NCBI GenBank assembly: GCA_937967455.1
Contig: CALCJK010000009.1
Coordinates: 49,116-113,115 of the forward strand
From: an uncultured bacterium
Lineage (GTDB): Bacteria > Bacteroidota > Ignavibacteria > UBA10030 > BY39
Length of the DNA stretch: 64,000 nucleotides
Direction of reading: 5' to 3'
Shown: positions 41,541 through 51,552 of the stretch, one piece after another
Layout: every line of letters begins with the position of its first letter
Numbering within the stretch: the stretch's first letter is position 1
The notes under the pieces: model-generated
The model's database searches: none
What the model was told of the DNA's origin: nothing
Seen by the model: only the letters and a program-made list of their open reading frames with translations
Translations under genes and position numbers: made by a program

Positions 41541-41574
41541 AATAGCCGATTTTTCAATCGGCTATTTTTGTTTT
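41541..41574 (+). terminator. Intrinsic terminator
   Basis: AATAGCCGAT/ATCGGCTATT plus T-tract. Confidence 0.78.
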
Positions 41575-41579
41575 AAGTA

Positions 41580-41595
41580 TGTGACAGCAGTCATA
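41580..41595. promoter_or_regulatory. CRP/FNR-family-like site
   Basis: TGTGA-N6-TCATA, 9/10 match to TGTGA-N6-TCACA. Confidence 0.4.
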
Positions 41596-41643
41596 TCATA
41601 AGTGGAGGAATTTTATTTAATTTAGTGCAGGAGTTGATAAATT

Positions 41644-41796
41644 ATGGATAAAATAAAATATTATTTTTCACCAGTACCTTCTAAAAGAAAGAAGTATTGG
41701 CAACGCATTTTAAAACATCAATTATATATTCAAAATTGCTTCATTCCAGTATATTTGGAACTTCTAAATGTAGATATGATAATTTGTTTACAATAA
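41644..41796 (+). CDS. Possible 50-aa small protein
   Basis: AGGAG upstream of ATG; MDKIKYYFSPVPSKRKKYW... Confidence 0.35.
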   Translation: MDKIKYYFSPVPSKRKKYWQRILKHQLYIQNCFIPVYLELLNVDMIICLQ

Positions 41797-41797
41797 A

Positions 41798-41959
41798 ATG
41801 AGTAAGTTTATGAAAACAGTTACAATTACAACAATTATTGCTGCACTTATAGCAATTCCGATTATTATTCACTTAAAAAAGGGTAAGTTACCACCTATTT
41901 TCAAAGATGAAAATAAGAGATACGATATTAATGATTATATAGCTAGTACTGGCTTGTAA
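41798..41959 (+). CDS. 53-aa single-TM small protein
   Basis: MSKFMKTVTITTIIAALIAIPIIIHLKKGK...DENKRYDINDYIASTGL; stop abuts the convergent SPFH stop. Confidence 0.55.
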   Translation: MSKFMKTVTITTIIAALIAIPIIIHLKKGKLPPIFKDENKRYDINDYIASTGL

Positions 41960-42856
41960 TTATTTAGTGTCTAATATTATAGGTAAGCCATCTTTACCGG
42001 CACCAATGATTATAACTTTTGCATTTTGAGATTCAGCAATCTTTAGTGTAGCTTCAATTCCTTTCCATCTTAAAAGCGGTTCGCTTATTCCTTGAGTGAC
42101 TATTCTTTGAAAATCTGCTATTCCTTTTGCTTCGATACTTTTTCTATCAGCTTCCTGTTTTTCTTTTTGTAAAACCCATTCCATTCTTTGACTTTCCTGT
42201 TCAGCTCTGAGTTTCTCTTCAATCGCAGCAGTTAAACCTGGTGGTAAAACAATTCGTCGCAAAGGAGCTGACTCTATTACAATTCCTCTCTGTTCAACTA
42301 AATTTTGAAGTGAATGTGATATTTGTTGCGATAAAATTTCCCTTTCAGATGTATAAAGAGCTCTCGCTTCGTAACTGGCAGTTACACCTCGAGTTACAGA
42401 TCTAAATTGTGGTTCAAGTATTATACTGACATAATTTTCACCAACAGTTTTGTAAACATGGGATGCTCTTTCAGGATTCAGATGAAATAGAACACTTGCC
42501 TCTAATCCCACTGTCAGACCTTCCTTAGAAGGTACATCCATACTTTCTTTTATCTCTTGGGTTTTTATTGACATTTTAACAACGCGTGCTAGTGGATTTA
42601 CAATGTTAACTCCAGCTTTAAGTGTATTTTCTGAAACATATCCAAGAAAATCTACAACTCCTACATGTCCAGCTGGAATAACTGTGAAACATTGACTAAT
42701 CATTATAATTATCGACACAATAAACAAGATAATTGAAATGCTGGCTGCATTCTTCTGAGTAGTGCTCAGTATAGCTCTTTTTCTTGCAGTTTGCCATGTA
42801 ATTAGAGTTATAATTGCTACAATAGCAAAAAAGATAAATAACATATTTTCCTCCAA
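41960..42856 (-). CDS. SPFH/prohibitin family protein
   Basis: VIPAGHVGV, SKEGL, AIEEKLRAEQE, coiled-coil C-terminus. Confidence 0.92.
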   Translation of the reverse strand: MEENMLFIFFAIVAIITLITWQTARKRAILSTTQKNAASISIILFIVSIIIMISQCFTVIPAGHVGVVDFLGYVSENTLKAGVNIVNPLARVVKMSIKTQEIKESMDVPSKEGLTVGLEASVLFHLNPERASHVYKTVGENYVSIILEPQFRSVTRGVTASYEARALYTSEREILSQQISHSLQNLVEQRGIVIESAPLRRIVLPPGLTAAIEEKLRAEQESQRMEWVLQKEKQEADRKSIEAKGIADFQRIVTQGISEPLLRWKGIEATLKIAESQNAKVIIIGAGKDGLPIILDTK

Positions 42857-42950
42857 TGATTTTTTGATTTAATGTAATGAAATCTGAATAAATATACAAT
42901 GTTGTTTTTACAACAAAAATTCTTTATGTTTCAGAAAAAAATTATTCAAT

Positions 42951-43880
42951 ATGAAAATTCTGAAACCGAAACTTTTAAAAAAAGGTGATTTATTAGGGGT
43001 AGTTGCTCCAGGTAGTCCAATCAAAAATGAAAAAGATTTAAATCGAGGTATTAGTTATCTTGAAAAGTTGGGTTATAGAGTTGTAATCGGAAAACATGTT
43101 TTTAATCGATATGGTTATTTTGCTGGTCGTGACGTCGATAGAGCAAATGATTTAAATAATTTTTTTTCCGATAAAAATATAAAAGCAATTTTTACTGTAA
43201 GAGGAGGTTATGGTTCAAGTCGAATTTTACCATACATAAATTATGATATGATCAAAAAGAATCCAAAAATATTTGTTGGTTATAGCGATATAACAGCTAT
43301 TCAATTGGCGCTATTCAAAAAATGCGGTTTATTAACATTTGCTGGGCCAATGATTGAGATGGATTTATCTGAAAAAATTGATCCTAATGTTGAGGAACTT
43401 TTCTGGAGATTGTTAACTTCAAGTTCTCCAATTGGAAATATAATTAATTATCACAAAGGAAAAATAAAATGTTCGTTAAACAAAAAAGTAATTGGGAAAA
43501 TAATTGGGGGAAATTTATCGATTATAACTTCATTGATTGGTACACAATATTTACCTGATTTTAAAGATAAAATTTTAATATTAGAAGATTTGGACGAACG
43601 ACCATATAGAATTGATCGAATGTTGAACCAATTGAAATTGTCCAGCAATTTAAAAAATGTCAAATGTGTTGTATTAGGTGATTTTTCGAGTTGTAAAGAA
43701 AAAAAGAATGTTCCGAGTTTGGAATTAGATGAAATAATAAGTGATGTTCTAAAAAATATTCCTGTAGTCCAGGATTTTGAATTTGGGCATATAAAAACTT
43801 CACTGCCGATACCTTATGGAATTAATGTTGAAATTTCTAAAAATTCGTTCTGTTTTTTTGAGTCTGCAGTAATACCGTGA
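42951..43880 (+). CDS. ldcA: LD-carboxypeptidase (peptidase S66)
   Basis: RGGYG, GYSDIT, GGNL, FGH. Confidence 0.9.
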   Translation: MKILKPKLLKKGDLLGVVAPGSPIKNEKDLNRGISYLEKLGYRVVIGKHVFNRYGYFAGRDVDRANDLNNFFSDKNIKAIFTVRGGYGSSRILPYINYDMIKKNPKIFVGYSDITAIQLALFKKCGLLTFAGPMIEMDLSEKIDPNVEELFWRLLTSSSPIGNIINYHKGKIKCSLNKKVIGKIIGGNLSIITSLIGTQYLPDFKDKILILEDLDERPYRIDRMLNQLKLSSNLKNVKCVVLGDFSSCKEKKNVPSLELDEIISDVLKNIPVVQDFEFGHIKTSLPIPYGINVEISKNSFCFFESAVIP

Positions 43881-43938
43881 GAATTTTGATTATTCTTTAA
43901 AATATGATTAAATTTATAAAGATATGAAAAATTAAAAA

Positions 43939-44565
43939 ATGAATGAAGGATTAAAAATAGCAGTATTTGCGTCAGGAAAAGGAAGTAACCTGCAAGCTAT
44001 TATTGATGCAATTGAGAGTGGCAAACTCTTAAATTCTGAAGTTGTTTGTGTTATTTCCAATAAAAAAGATGCTGGAGCTCTTGAGATAGCAAAATCTAAT
44101 GGTATTTCAGCATATTATATCGCGAGTGAAAATTACTCAAATAGGGATGATTTTGATTCAGCAATAATTGATGTATTAAATTTTCATTCAGTTAATCTAA
44201 TATTACTTGCAGGTTATTTAAAGTTGTTGAGCCCTATAATTGTTCAAAAGTATCGGAATAGGATTCTGAATATTCATCCAGCACTTTTACCTAAATTTGG
44301 TGGTAAAGGTATGTATGGATTAAATGTACATAGAGCTGTGATAGAAAGTGGTGAAAAGATCTCAGGTGCAACAGTTCACCTTGTAGATGAAGAATATGAC
44401 CATGGACCTATTATAATTCAAGAAAGTGTTGAACTGGATCCAGATGAGACACCAGAGTCTTTACAAAAGAAAATACAAAAAATTGAGCATAAAATTTATC
44501 CCGAAGCTGTTAAATTGTTTGCAGAAGGGAAAATTAAAATTCAAAACGAAATTATAATGAAATGA
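43939..44565 (+). CDS. purN: Phosphoribosylglycinamide formyltransferase
   Basis: SGKGSNLQA, NIHPALLP, GATVH..YDHGPII. Confidence 0.96.
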   Translation: MNEGLKIAVFASGKGSNLQAIIDAIESGKLLNSEVVCVISNKKDAGALEIAKSNGISAYYIASENYSNRDDFDSAIIDVLNFHSVNLILLAGYLKLLSPIIVQKYRNRILNIHPALLPKFGGKGMYGLNVHRAVIESGEKISGATVHLVDEEYDHGPIIIQESVELDPDETPESLQKKIQKIEHKIYPEAVKLFAEGKIKIQNEIIMK

Positions 44566-46127
44566 ACAAAGATCAAGCTAAAAAGAATGATGTACTTAAA
44601 ATAAAAAGAGCTCTGATTAGCGTAGCAGATAAATCAGGGCTAATTGATTTAGTGAAAAATTTATTGCAATGGGATATTGAGATTATATCTACTGGTGGTA
44701 CTTATAATGAGTTGTTGAAAAATGGTATATATGTAAAATTGATTGAGGAGTTTTCTGGTTTTCCAGAAATTTTAGGTGGTCGTGTAAAGACACTCAATCC
44801 TCGCATTTTTGCTAGTATTTTAGCTAATTTAAAAGATTCTGATCACATTAAAGAATTGGAAAAACTTGAAATTCAATCAATTGACTTGGTTGTTGTAAAT
44901 CTTTATCCATTTGACAAACAGATAACAAAACAACCTTTACAATTAGAAGAGGCTATTGAATTAATTGATATAGGTGGGCAAGCCTTGCTTCGTGCTGCAG
45001 CAAAGAATTTTGAGAATAAAGTTGTTGTATGTAATCCATCTCGTTATGCAATTTTGATAGATGAGTTGAGAAGACACAGTGGTTGTGTTACTTATAAAAC
45101 ACGCCTTGAATTTGCAAAAGAAGTTTTTCAATACACCTTCAGATATGAGGCTTGCATAGCGAAATATTTTTCTTCAATTGGTGAAACAAATAAGAAAATG
45201 CCTGAAACATTCTCACTATTATTTAGGAAAGTGAGCGAATTAAGATATGGAGAAAATCCACATCAACAGGCTGCATTATATGGTGATTTTTATAATTACT
45301 TTGAAAAATTGCATGGTAAAGAACTTTCTTTTAACAATATAGTTGATATAGAAGCGGCATATGAACTAATATCTGATTTTACAGAGCCTACAGCTGCAAT
45401 AATAAAGCACACTAATCCATGTGGTGTTGGTTCAGATGAGAGATTAATTGAGGCATATAAGAAAGCTTATTCCACTGATCCCAAAGCTGCATTTGGTGGT
45501 GTAATAGCATTTAATAGAGAATTGGACCTTGAGACAGCGAAAGCTGTCAATGAATTATTTACTGAAGTAATAATTGCACCCAATTTTCCAACAGAAGTTT
45601 TAGATTTTTTAAGAAAAAAGAAAGATAGAAGATTAATTCGTTCACTTAAACCCTTGGATGAAGAAATAAGTATAAAGAAAATTGCCGGTGGTATATTAGT
45701 CCAAGAAGTTGATCATGAGAATATAAATCAAAATGAGTGGAAAGTTGTTACAAAAAGGCAACCGACCGAAGAAGAAATATTGGCTATGCTTTATGGATGG
45801 AGAGTTGTAAAGCATTTAAAGTCGAATGCGATAGTTTTTTCGCGTCCAGATAGAACAATTGGTGTTGGCGCTGGCCAGATGTCGAGAGTCGATTCAACAA
45901 AATTTGCAATATTAAAAGCAAAAAAAGCTAAATTGGATTTAAAGAATTCAGCTATGGCATCAGATGGTTTTTTCCCTTTTCCAGATAGTATAAAAGAAGC
46001 TGCAAAAGTTGGAGTATCTGCTGTAATACAACCAGGTGGATCAATTAGAGATGCAGAGGTAATACAAACAGCAGATGAAAAGAACATGACAATGGTATTT
46101 ACTGGAATTAGACATTTTAAACATTAA
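44562..46127 (+). CDS. purH: Bifunctional AICAR transformylase/IMP cyclohydrolase
   Basis: RALISV, GGRVKTL, LRYGENPHQ, RHFKH. Confidence 0.97.
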   Translation: MNKDQAKKNDVLKIKRALISVADKSGLIDLVKNLLQWDIEIISTGGTYNELLKNGIYVKLIEEFSGFPEILGGRVKTLNPRIFASILANLKDSDHIKELEKLEIQSIDLVVVNLYPFDKQITKQPLQLEEAIELIDIGGQALLRAAAKNFENKVVVCNPSRYAILIDELRRHSGCVTYKTRLEFAKEVFQYTFRYEACIAKYFSSIGETNKKMPETFSLLFRKVSELRYGENPHQQAALYGDFYNYFEKLHGKELSFNNIVDIEAAYELISDFTEPTAAIIKHTNPCGVGSDERLIEAYKKAYSTDPKAAFGGVIAFNRELDLETAKAVNELFTEVIIAPNFPTEVLDFLRKKKDRRLIRSLKPLDEEISIKKIAGGILVQEVDHENINQNEWKVVTKRQPTEEEILAMLYGWRVVKHLKSNAIVFSRPDRTIGVGAGQMSRVDSTKFAILKAKKAKLDLKNSAMASDGFFPFPDSIKEAAKVGVSAVIQPGGSIRDAEVIQTADEKNMTMVFTGIRHFKH

Positions 46128-46147
46128 CAAAATAAAAATTATATAAA

Positions 46148-47173
46148 ATGGGCATATTTTCATTTTTTTCAGCGGATTTGGCAATTGATTTAGGTACTGC
46201 AAATACTTTAATTTATATGAAAGGCAAAGGTGTAGTTCTAAATGAACCCTCAATTGTAGCTTTTGATAGGAACACAAAAAAAATTGTTGCAATTGGTAAT
46301 GAAGCAAGAGAAATGGTGGGGCGTACACATCGTGATATTCGCACGATTAGACCGATGAAAGATGGTGTAATAGCTGATTTCGAAATTGCCGAAGGTATGT
46401 TGAGGGAATTTATAAAAAAAATTCATTCAAGCTGGTTGCCAAGTCGTAGAATTGTGATTTCTGTCCCAAGTGGTGTGACTGAAGTCGAAAAACGTGCTGT
46501 CAGAGACTCAGCTGAACATGCAGGTGCAAAAGAAGTACATCTAATTGCTGAACCAATGGCTGCTGCAATTGGTGTAGGCATGGATGTGGATGCACCCGTT
46601 GGAAATATGATTGTCGATATTGGTGGTGGTACTACGGAGATTGCAGTCATAGCCCTCTCAGGTATAGTTACGGAAGAGTCTATTAGAATTGCTGGGGACG
46701 AAATGAATAACGCAATAATCCAATTTTTTAAAAAGAATCATAATATACTAATTGGAGAAAGAACAGCCGAAGCAATAAAATGTGAAGTTGGAAGCGCAAT
46801 GCCACTTGACGAAGAAATATCAATTCAGGTTAAAGGTCGAGATCTGGTAAATGGGATACCCAAAACTACTGAGGGTTCCTCAGTTGAAATAAGGGAAGCA
46901 TTAAATGAATCGGTTCAGCAAATTGTTGATGCTATAAAACTTACACTTGAGAGAACACCTCCAGAAATTGCGGCAGATATTCTGGATAGGGGAATCGTCC
47001 TATCCGGTGGTGGAGCTTTACTTAAAGGCCTGGATGAAAGAGTTCGCCTTGAAACGAGTTTACCGGTGCATATAGCCGAGGATCCATTAACAACTGTTGT
47101 GCGTGGAACTGGAAAAGTTCTGGAAAATCTTAATCATTACTCCAAGGTGCTGGTTAAAAGTAGAAGATATTAA
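46148..47173 (+). CDS. mreB: Rod shape-determining protein MreB
   Basis: IDLGTANT, DIGGGTTE, GGGALL. Confidence 0.97.
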   Translation: MGIFSFFSADLAIDLGTANTLIYMKGKGVVLNEPSIVAFDRNTKKIVAIGNEAREMVGRTHRDIRTIRPMKDGVIADFEIAEGMLREFIKKIHSSWLPSRRIVISVPSGVTEVEKRAVRDSAEHAGAKEVHLIAEPMAAAIGVGMDVDAPVGNMIVDIGGGTTEIAVIALSGIVTEESIRIAGDEMNNAIIQFFKKNHNILIGERTAEAIKCEVGSAMPLDEEISIQVKGRDLVNGIPKTTEGSSVEIREALNESVQQIVDAIKLTLERTPPEIAADILDRGIVLSGGGALLKGLDERVRLETSLPVHIAEDPLTTVVRGTGKVLENLNHYSKVLVKSRRY

Positions 47174-47178
47174 TTTTA

Positions 47179-48012
47179 ATGAGGAGATTTTTCACAATAT
47201 TAGTTGAATTCAAAGAATATTTTCTGCTGATATTATTTATTATACTCTCCCTCATATTTTTATCTCTCAATGATAATATCCAAATAAAAAAAATCCGCAC
47301 ATTAACAATAGGAATGATCGGATATGTGCAGAGCACCATAAATATAGTTCCTAATATTTTTGATTTAAAACGTGAAAATGAAATACTTCATAAAATGAAT
47401 GTTGCGCTAATGGACGAAGTTAATAAATTGAGAGAAGCAAAATTAGAAAATATTAGATTGAGACAACTATTAAAGTTTAGAGAAGAATCCAAGTATACAT
47501 TTGTAGCCGCTGATGTAATTGGTAAAACTCTCCATCTACAAAAAAATACATTGACATTGAATGTTGGAATTAAGGATGGGATTAAAGTCAATATGCCGAT
47601 TGTTTCACCCCAAGGAGTAGTTGGCAAAATTATTGCTGTTAGTAATGATTACTCTGTTGGTCAGTTGCTCTATAATCGCGATTTTAGAACAAGTGTAAAA
47701 ATACAACGTAGTAGAGTTGATGGAATTCTTGCATGGGATGGAGGTGAGTTTCTGATAATAAAAAATGTTTCTAAAAAACAGGATGTAAAGATCGGAGATA
47801 TTGTAATTACATCTGAATACAGTAATATTTTTCCACCTTCATTAAAGGTTGGAACTGTTATTTCAACCTCTGAAAATGAATTAAATCTTTTCAAAAATAT
47901 CTATGTAAAACCAGCTGTTGATTTTACTGTACTTGAGGAAGTTTTCATAATCACTGCTGTACCAGATACTCAAAAAATATCCTTGGAAAATAAGGTTGCA
48001 AGAAATAAATAA
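47179..48012 (+). CDS. mreC: Rod shape-determining protein MreC
   Basis: TM, coiled coil ENIRLRQLL, GVVGKI; operon position. Confidence 0.92.
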   Translation: MRRFFTILVEFKEYFLLILFIILSLIFLSLNDNIQIKKIRTLTIGMIGYVQSTINIVPNIFDLKRENEILHKMNVALMDEVNKLREAKLENIRLRQLLKFREESKYTFVAADVIGKTLHLQKNTLTLNVGIKDGIKVNMPIVSPQGVVGKIIAVSNDYSVGQLLYNRDFRTSVKIQRSRVDGILAWDGGEFLIIKNVSKKQDVKIGDIVITSEYSNIFPPSLKVGTVISTSENELNLFKNIYVKPAVDFTVLEEVFIITAVPDTQKISLENKVARNK

Positions 48013-48509
48013 TGAATCTTATAATAAAATATATGGCTATTGCAATAGTTCTTTTATTATTACAAAGTACATTTGCAAATTTTATAACTCTTCGAGGTAT
48101 TGCACCAGATTTTCTACTTATTTTTGTTGTTGTGATTGCATTGATTGAAGGCCGTGTCACTTCTATGGTTTACGCTTTCATTTTGGGTAGTATATTTGAT
48201 TTAGCAAGTGGAGGTGTATTTGGATTATCTTCTCTAAGTAAAGTAATAGGAGCCTTTATAGCGGGATTTTTTTTTAATCCAAATAAAACGCAGCTAACAC
48301 TTGGAAGTTATCGATTTATATTGATAATTTTATTTGTGTCGGTAATACACAATTTTATATATTTCATAGTATTTGTTCAGGGAACTGAATTTAATTTTTG
48401 GAATACTCTTCTCAAATATGGAATAGCTACTGCATTTTATACAACGATTGTCGGTGTTTTTATTGTACTTTATTTTTCAAGAAAATATGGTGTAATAAAA
48501 AATGTTTGA
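48012..48509 (+). CDS. mreD: Rod shape-determining protein MreD
   Basis: PDFLLI..G..DL..G..G membrane protein between mreC and mrdA. Confidence 0.88.
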   Translation: MNLIIKYMAIAIVLLLLQSTFANFITLRGIAPDFLLIFVVVIALIEGRVTSMVYAFILGSIFDLASGGVFGLSSLSKVIGAFIAGFFFNPNKTQLTLGSYRFILIILFVSVIHNFIYFIVFVQGTEFNFWNTLLKYGIATAFYTTIVGVFIVLYFSRKYGVIKNV

Positions 48510-50313
48510 GCACACGGCTTCCCGAACTAAAGTAATTTTATTATTTGTTTTTCTCATATTTCTGATGTTTACAATTCGATTAATTCAGTTACAGATAATA
48601 TACAGTGAAAAGTACGGTAAAATGTCTGAAGAGAATAGTATACGCACTATGGTAGTTAATCCTTTAAGAGGTTATATGTACGATAGAAATGGGGCATTAA
48701 TCGTGGACAATCGTCCAGCATACACAGTTACTGTTGTGCCAGCAGAATTTGATACAACGCAAATTAAATTACTTTCAGAAATCTTAAATTTGGACCAACA
48801 GGAGATAATGAATAAAATTAAACGCGAAGCAAAATATAATAAGTTTGCTCCAGCAAAAATTAAGAGAGATATTGATTTTAAAACTCTTTCGTTGATTGAA
48901 GAATATCACGAACAACTTCGCGGTGTTGATTATGTTGTTGAATCTAAACGTGCATATCCCCCAAATGTAAAAGGTTCTCATATCTTTGGTTATCTTAGAG
49001 AAATTTCAGATGAGCAACTAGCAAAGGCTGGTGATATTTATAAAAGGGGCGATATTATTGGTGCAACAGGTATAGAAGCTCAGTATGAAAAATATCTAAG
49101 AGGTGAAAAAGGATATAAATTTATCATTGTTGATTCAAGAGGTAGAATGGTTGGTAGCTATAATGAAGGTAAAGATGATAAACCTCCATTAGAAGGCGAT
49201 GACCTGGAATTAACATTGGATATCAACGTACAAGCATTAGCTGAATCATTACTTTCTAATCATAAAGGTGCTCTGGTAGCAATTGATCCAACTGATGGTG
49301 GAATAATTGCTCTTGTTAGTAAACCAGATTTTAATTTGGATTTATTATCTGGTGTAACTCCTGTAGAATTATGGAAAAGCTTAGTAGATGATAAAGACAC
49401 TCCTCTATTTAATCGTGCTACACTAACAAATTATCCACCCGGTTCCACTTTCAAAATGATTTTAGCTGTTGCAGGACTGCAAGAGAAGCTAATAGATCAA
49501 AATTATAGAATAAATTGTAGTGGTGCGTTTAAATTTGGGAATAAGGTATTCAAGGACTTACATGTGCATGGTTCAACTAATGTAGTTGAGGCAATACAGA
49601 GATCCTGTAATGTCTTCTTTTATCAAATGATGCTAAAAGTTGGATTAGATAAATGGTCTGAATATGCAAGCAAATTTGGATTTGGTAAACCCACAGGGAT
49701 TGACATAATGGAAGAGAATTCAGGACTGTTACCATCTGAAAGTTATTATAATCGTGTGTATGGAAAAGGGAAATGGACATTAGGTTATACAGTCAGTTTA
49801 GGAATCGGTCAGGGGGAAGTGGGTGTTTCACCAATACAGTTAGCATCATACGCAATGGCGCTGGCAAATCAGGGGAAACTCTATAAACCGCATATAGTAA
49901 ATAGTATTAAATTTAAGAAAAGTAGAGAATCAAAAAAGTTGGATGTGCAGTTTAAACAAATTGATTTAAATCCCGAGGTATGGAGATTAGTTCGTGAAGG
50001 TCTTTATCGTGCTGTTAATTTACCAGGTGGAACTGGTGCTGCTGCAAGAGTTCCCGGTGTAAATGTTGCAGGTAAAACAGGTACTGCACAAAATCCACAC
50101 GGTAAAGATCATGCTTGGTTTATTGGATTTGCTCCTTACGAAGATCCAAAAATTGCTATTTGTGTCTTAGTTGAAAATGTTGGATTTGGTGGAGTATATG
50201 CAGCTCCAATTGCAGGTTTGTGTATTGAACAGTATTTATACGGTGAAGTAATACGAAATAAACAACCTAAAATAAATCTTGTTAAGTCTGAAATAAATGG
50301 CAAACTTGATTGA
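48502..50313 (+). CDS. mrdA: Penicillin-binding protein 2
   Basis: RG..YDRNG, GSTFK, SCN, KTGTAQ. Confidence 0.95.
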   Translation: MFEHTASRTKVILLFVFLIFLMFTIRLIQLQIIYSEKYGKMSEENSIRTMVVNPLRGYMYDRNGALIVDNRPAYTVTVVPAEFDTTQIKLLSEILNLDQQEIMNKIKREAKYNKFAPAKIKRDIDFKTLSLIEEYHEQLRGVDYVVESKRAYPPNVKGSHIFGYLREISDEQLAKAGDIYKRGDIIGATGIEAQYEKYLRGEKGYKFIIVDSRGRMVGSYNEGKDDKPPLEGDDLELTLDINVQALAESLLSNHKGALVAIDPTDGGIIALVSKPDFNLDLLSGVTPVELWKSLVDDKDTPLFNRATLTNYPPGSTFKMILAVAGLQEKLIDQNYRINCSGAFKFGNKVFKDLHVHGSTNVVEAIQRSCNVFFYQMMLKVGLDKWSEYASKFGFGKPTGIDIMEENSGLLPSESYYNRVYGKGKWTLGYTVSLGIGQGEVGVSPIQLASYAMALANQGKLYKPHIVNSIKFKKSRESKKLDVQFKQIDLNPEVWRLVREGLYRAVNLPGGTGAAARVPGVNVAGKTGTAQNPHGKDHAWFIGFAPYEDPKIAICVLVENVGFGGVYAAPIAGLCIEQYLYGEVIRNKQPKINLVKSEINGKLD

Positions 50314-50315
50314 TT

Positions 50316-51533
50316 ATGAAAAGCTGGTTTGAAGAAAAAATAAATATTGGACTTTTAATTACTCTATTGCTTCTTGTAGGCATTGGTTTACTCTCAATTT
50401 ATTCAGCGACTTATGATACTGGCTCATCTGATTATTTCACACGGCAGTTAATATGGGCTGGATTAGGATTTATTTTTATGATAATAGTTACATTTATACC
50501 TTTTAGAACTTTACAACTTCTATCTTATCCTATTTATTTATTATCAATCATAATCTTGGTACTGGTACTATATGTAGGGAAATCGGTTGCTGGTTCAAAG
50601 AGCTGGTTTGGCATAGGAAATTTTGGTATACAACCTTCAGAGTTTGCAAAAGTTGCAGTAATTCTTGCTCTTGCTTATTTTTTGTCGGATAAAAAAGTTA
50701 ACTTACAAAGAATGAAATATCTGTTGATTTCATTTGCAATTGTGTTAGTACCATTCGGTTTGATAATTCGACAACCTGATACCGGAACTGCTTTAATCTT
50801 TGTAGCTAGTTTAATTCCTTTACTGTATTGGGCAGGAGCGTCGAATACTTTTATGCTGGGAATTATAGCTCCATCTCTCGCAGCAGTTTCTTCACTATTT
50901 GGTATTACATACTTTTTAATAGTAATTATTATTCTACTAATAATATTATTCTTACAGCGGGAGAATAAATTAATTTCTGCTATTATATTTTCGGTTACCG
51001 TTCTTATTGGAATTTCAGTTCAATATGTTTATGGGAAACTAGAACCTTATCAACAAAAAAGAATAGATATTTTCATAAATCCTGAATCAGACCCGCTTAA
51101 AGCTGGATATAATGTTATTCAGTCAAAAATTGCTATTGGTTCTGGTGGATTTACTGGTAAGGGATTTCTACAGGGTACACAGACCCAATTAAATTTTATC
51201 CCAGCTCAGTGGACTGATTTTATTTATTGTGTACCAGCTGAAGAATTTGGATTTTTAGGTGCATTTTTTATACTTTTGCTATATTTTTATTTTATATATC
51301 GAGCTATAAGAATCGCAAGTACAGCAAAAAGTAAATACGGCAGTTTAGTCGCCTTTGGAGTAGTTTCGTTTTTGATGGTTCATATTATAATCAATATTGG
51401 TATGGTAATGGGGATAATGCCTGTGATTGGTGTACCTCTACCTTTTTTAAGTTATGGTGGTTCGTTTCTGTTCTCATCATTAATAATGACAGGCTTACTA
51501 TTTAATATTTATTTAAATAGAAAAGAATATTAA
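50316..51533 (+). CDS. rodA: Rod shape-determining protein RodA
   Basis: QPSEFAK, QPDTGT, TDFI, PFLSYGG. Confidence 0.95.
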   Translation: MKSWFEEKINIGLLITLLLLVGIGLLSIYSATYDTGSSDYFTRQLIWAGLGFIFMIIVTFIPFRTLQLLSYPIYLLSIIILVLVLYVGKSVAGSKSWFGIGNFGIQPSEFAKVAVILALAYFLSDKKVNLQRMKYLLISFAIVLVPFGLIIRQPDTGTALIFVASLIPLLYWAGASNTFMLGIIAPSLAAVSSLFGITYFLIVIIILLIILFLQRENKLISAIIFSVTVLIGISVQYVYGKLEPYQQKRIDIFINPESDPLKAGYNVIQSKIAIGSGGFTGKGFLQGTQTQLNFIPAQWTDFIYCVPAEEFGFLGAFFILLLYFYFIYRAIRIASTAKSKYGSLVAFGVVSFLMVHIIINIGMVMGIMPVIGVPLPFLSYGGSFLFSSLIMTGLLFNIYLNRKEY

Positions 51534-51552
51534 CAAATTCAGAAAGGAAAAA

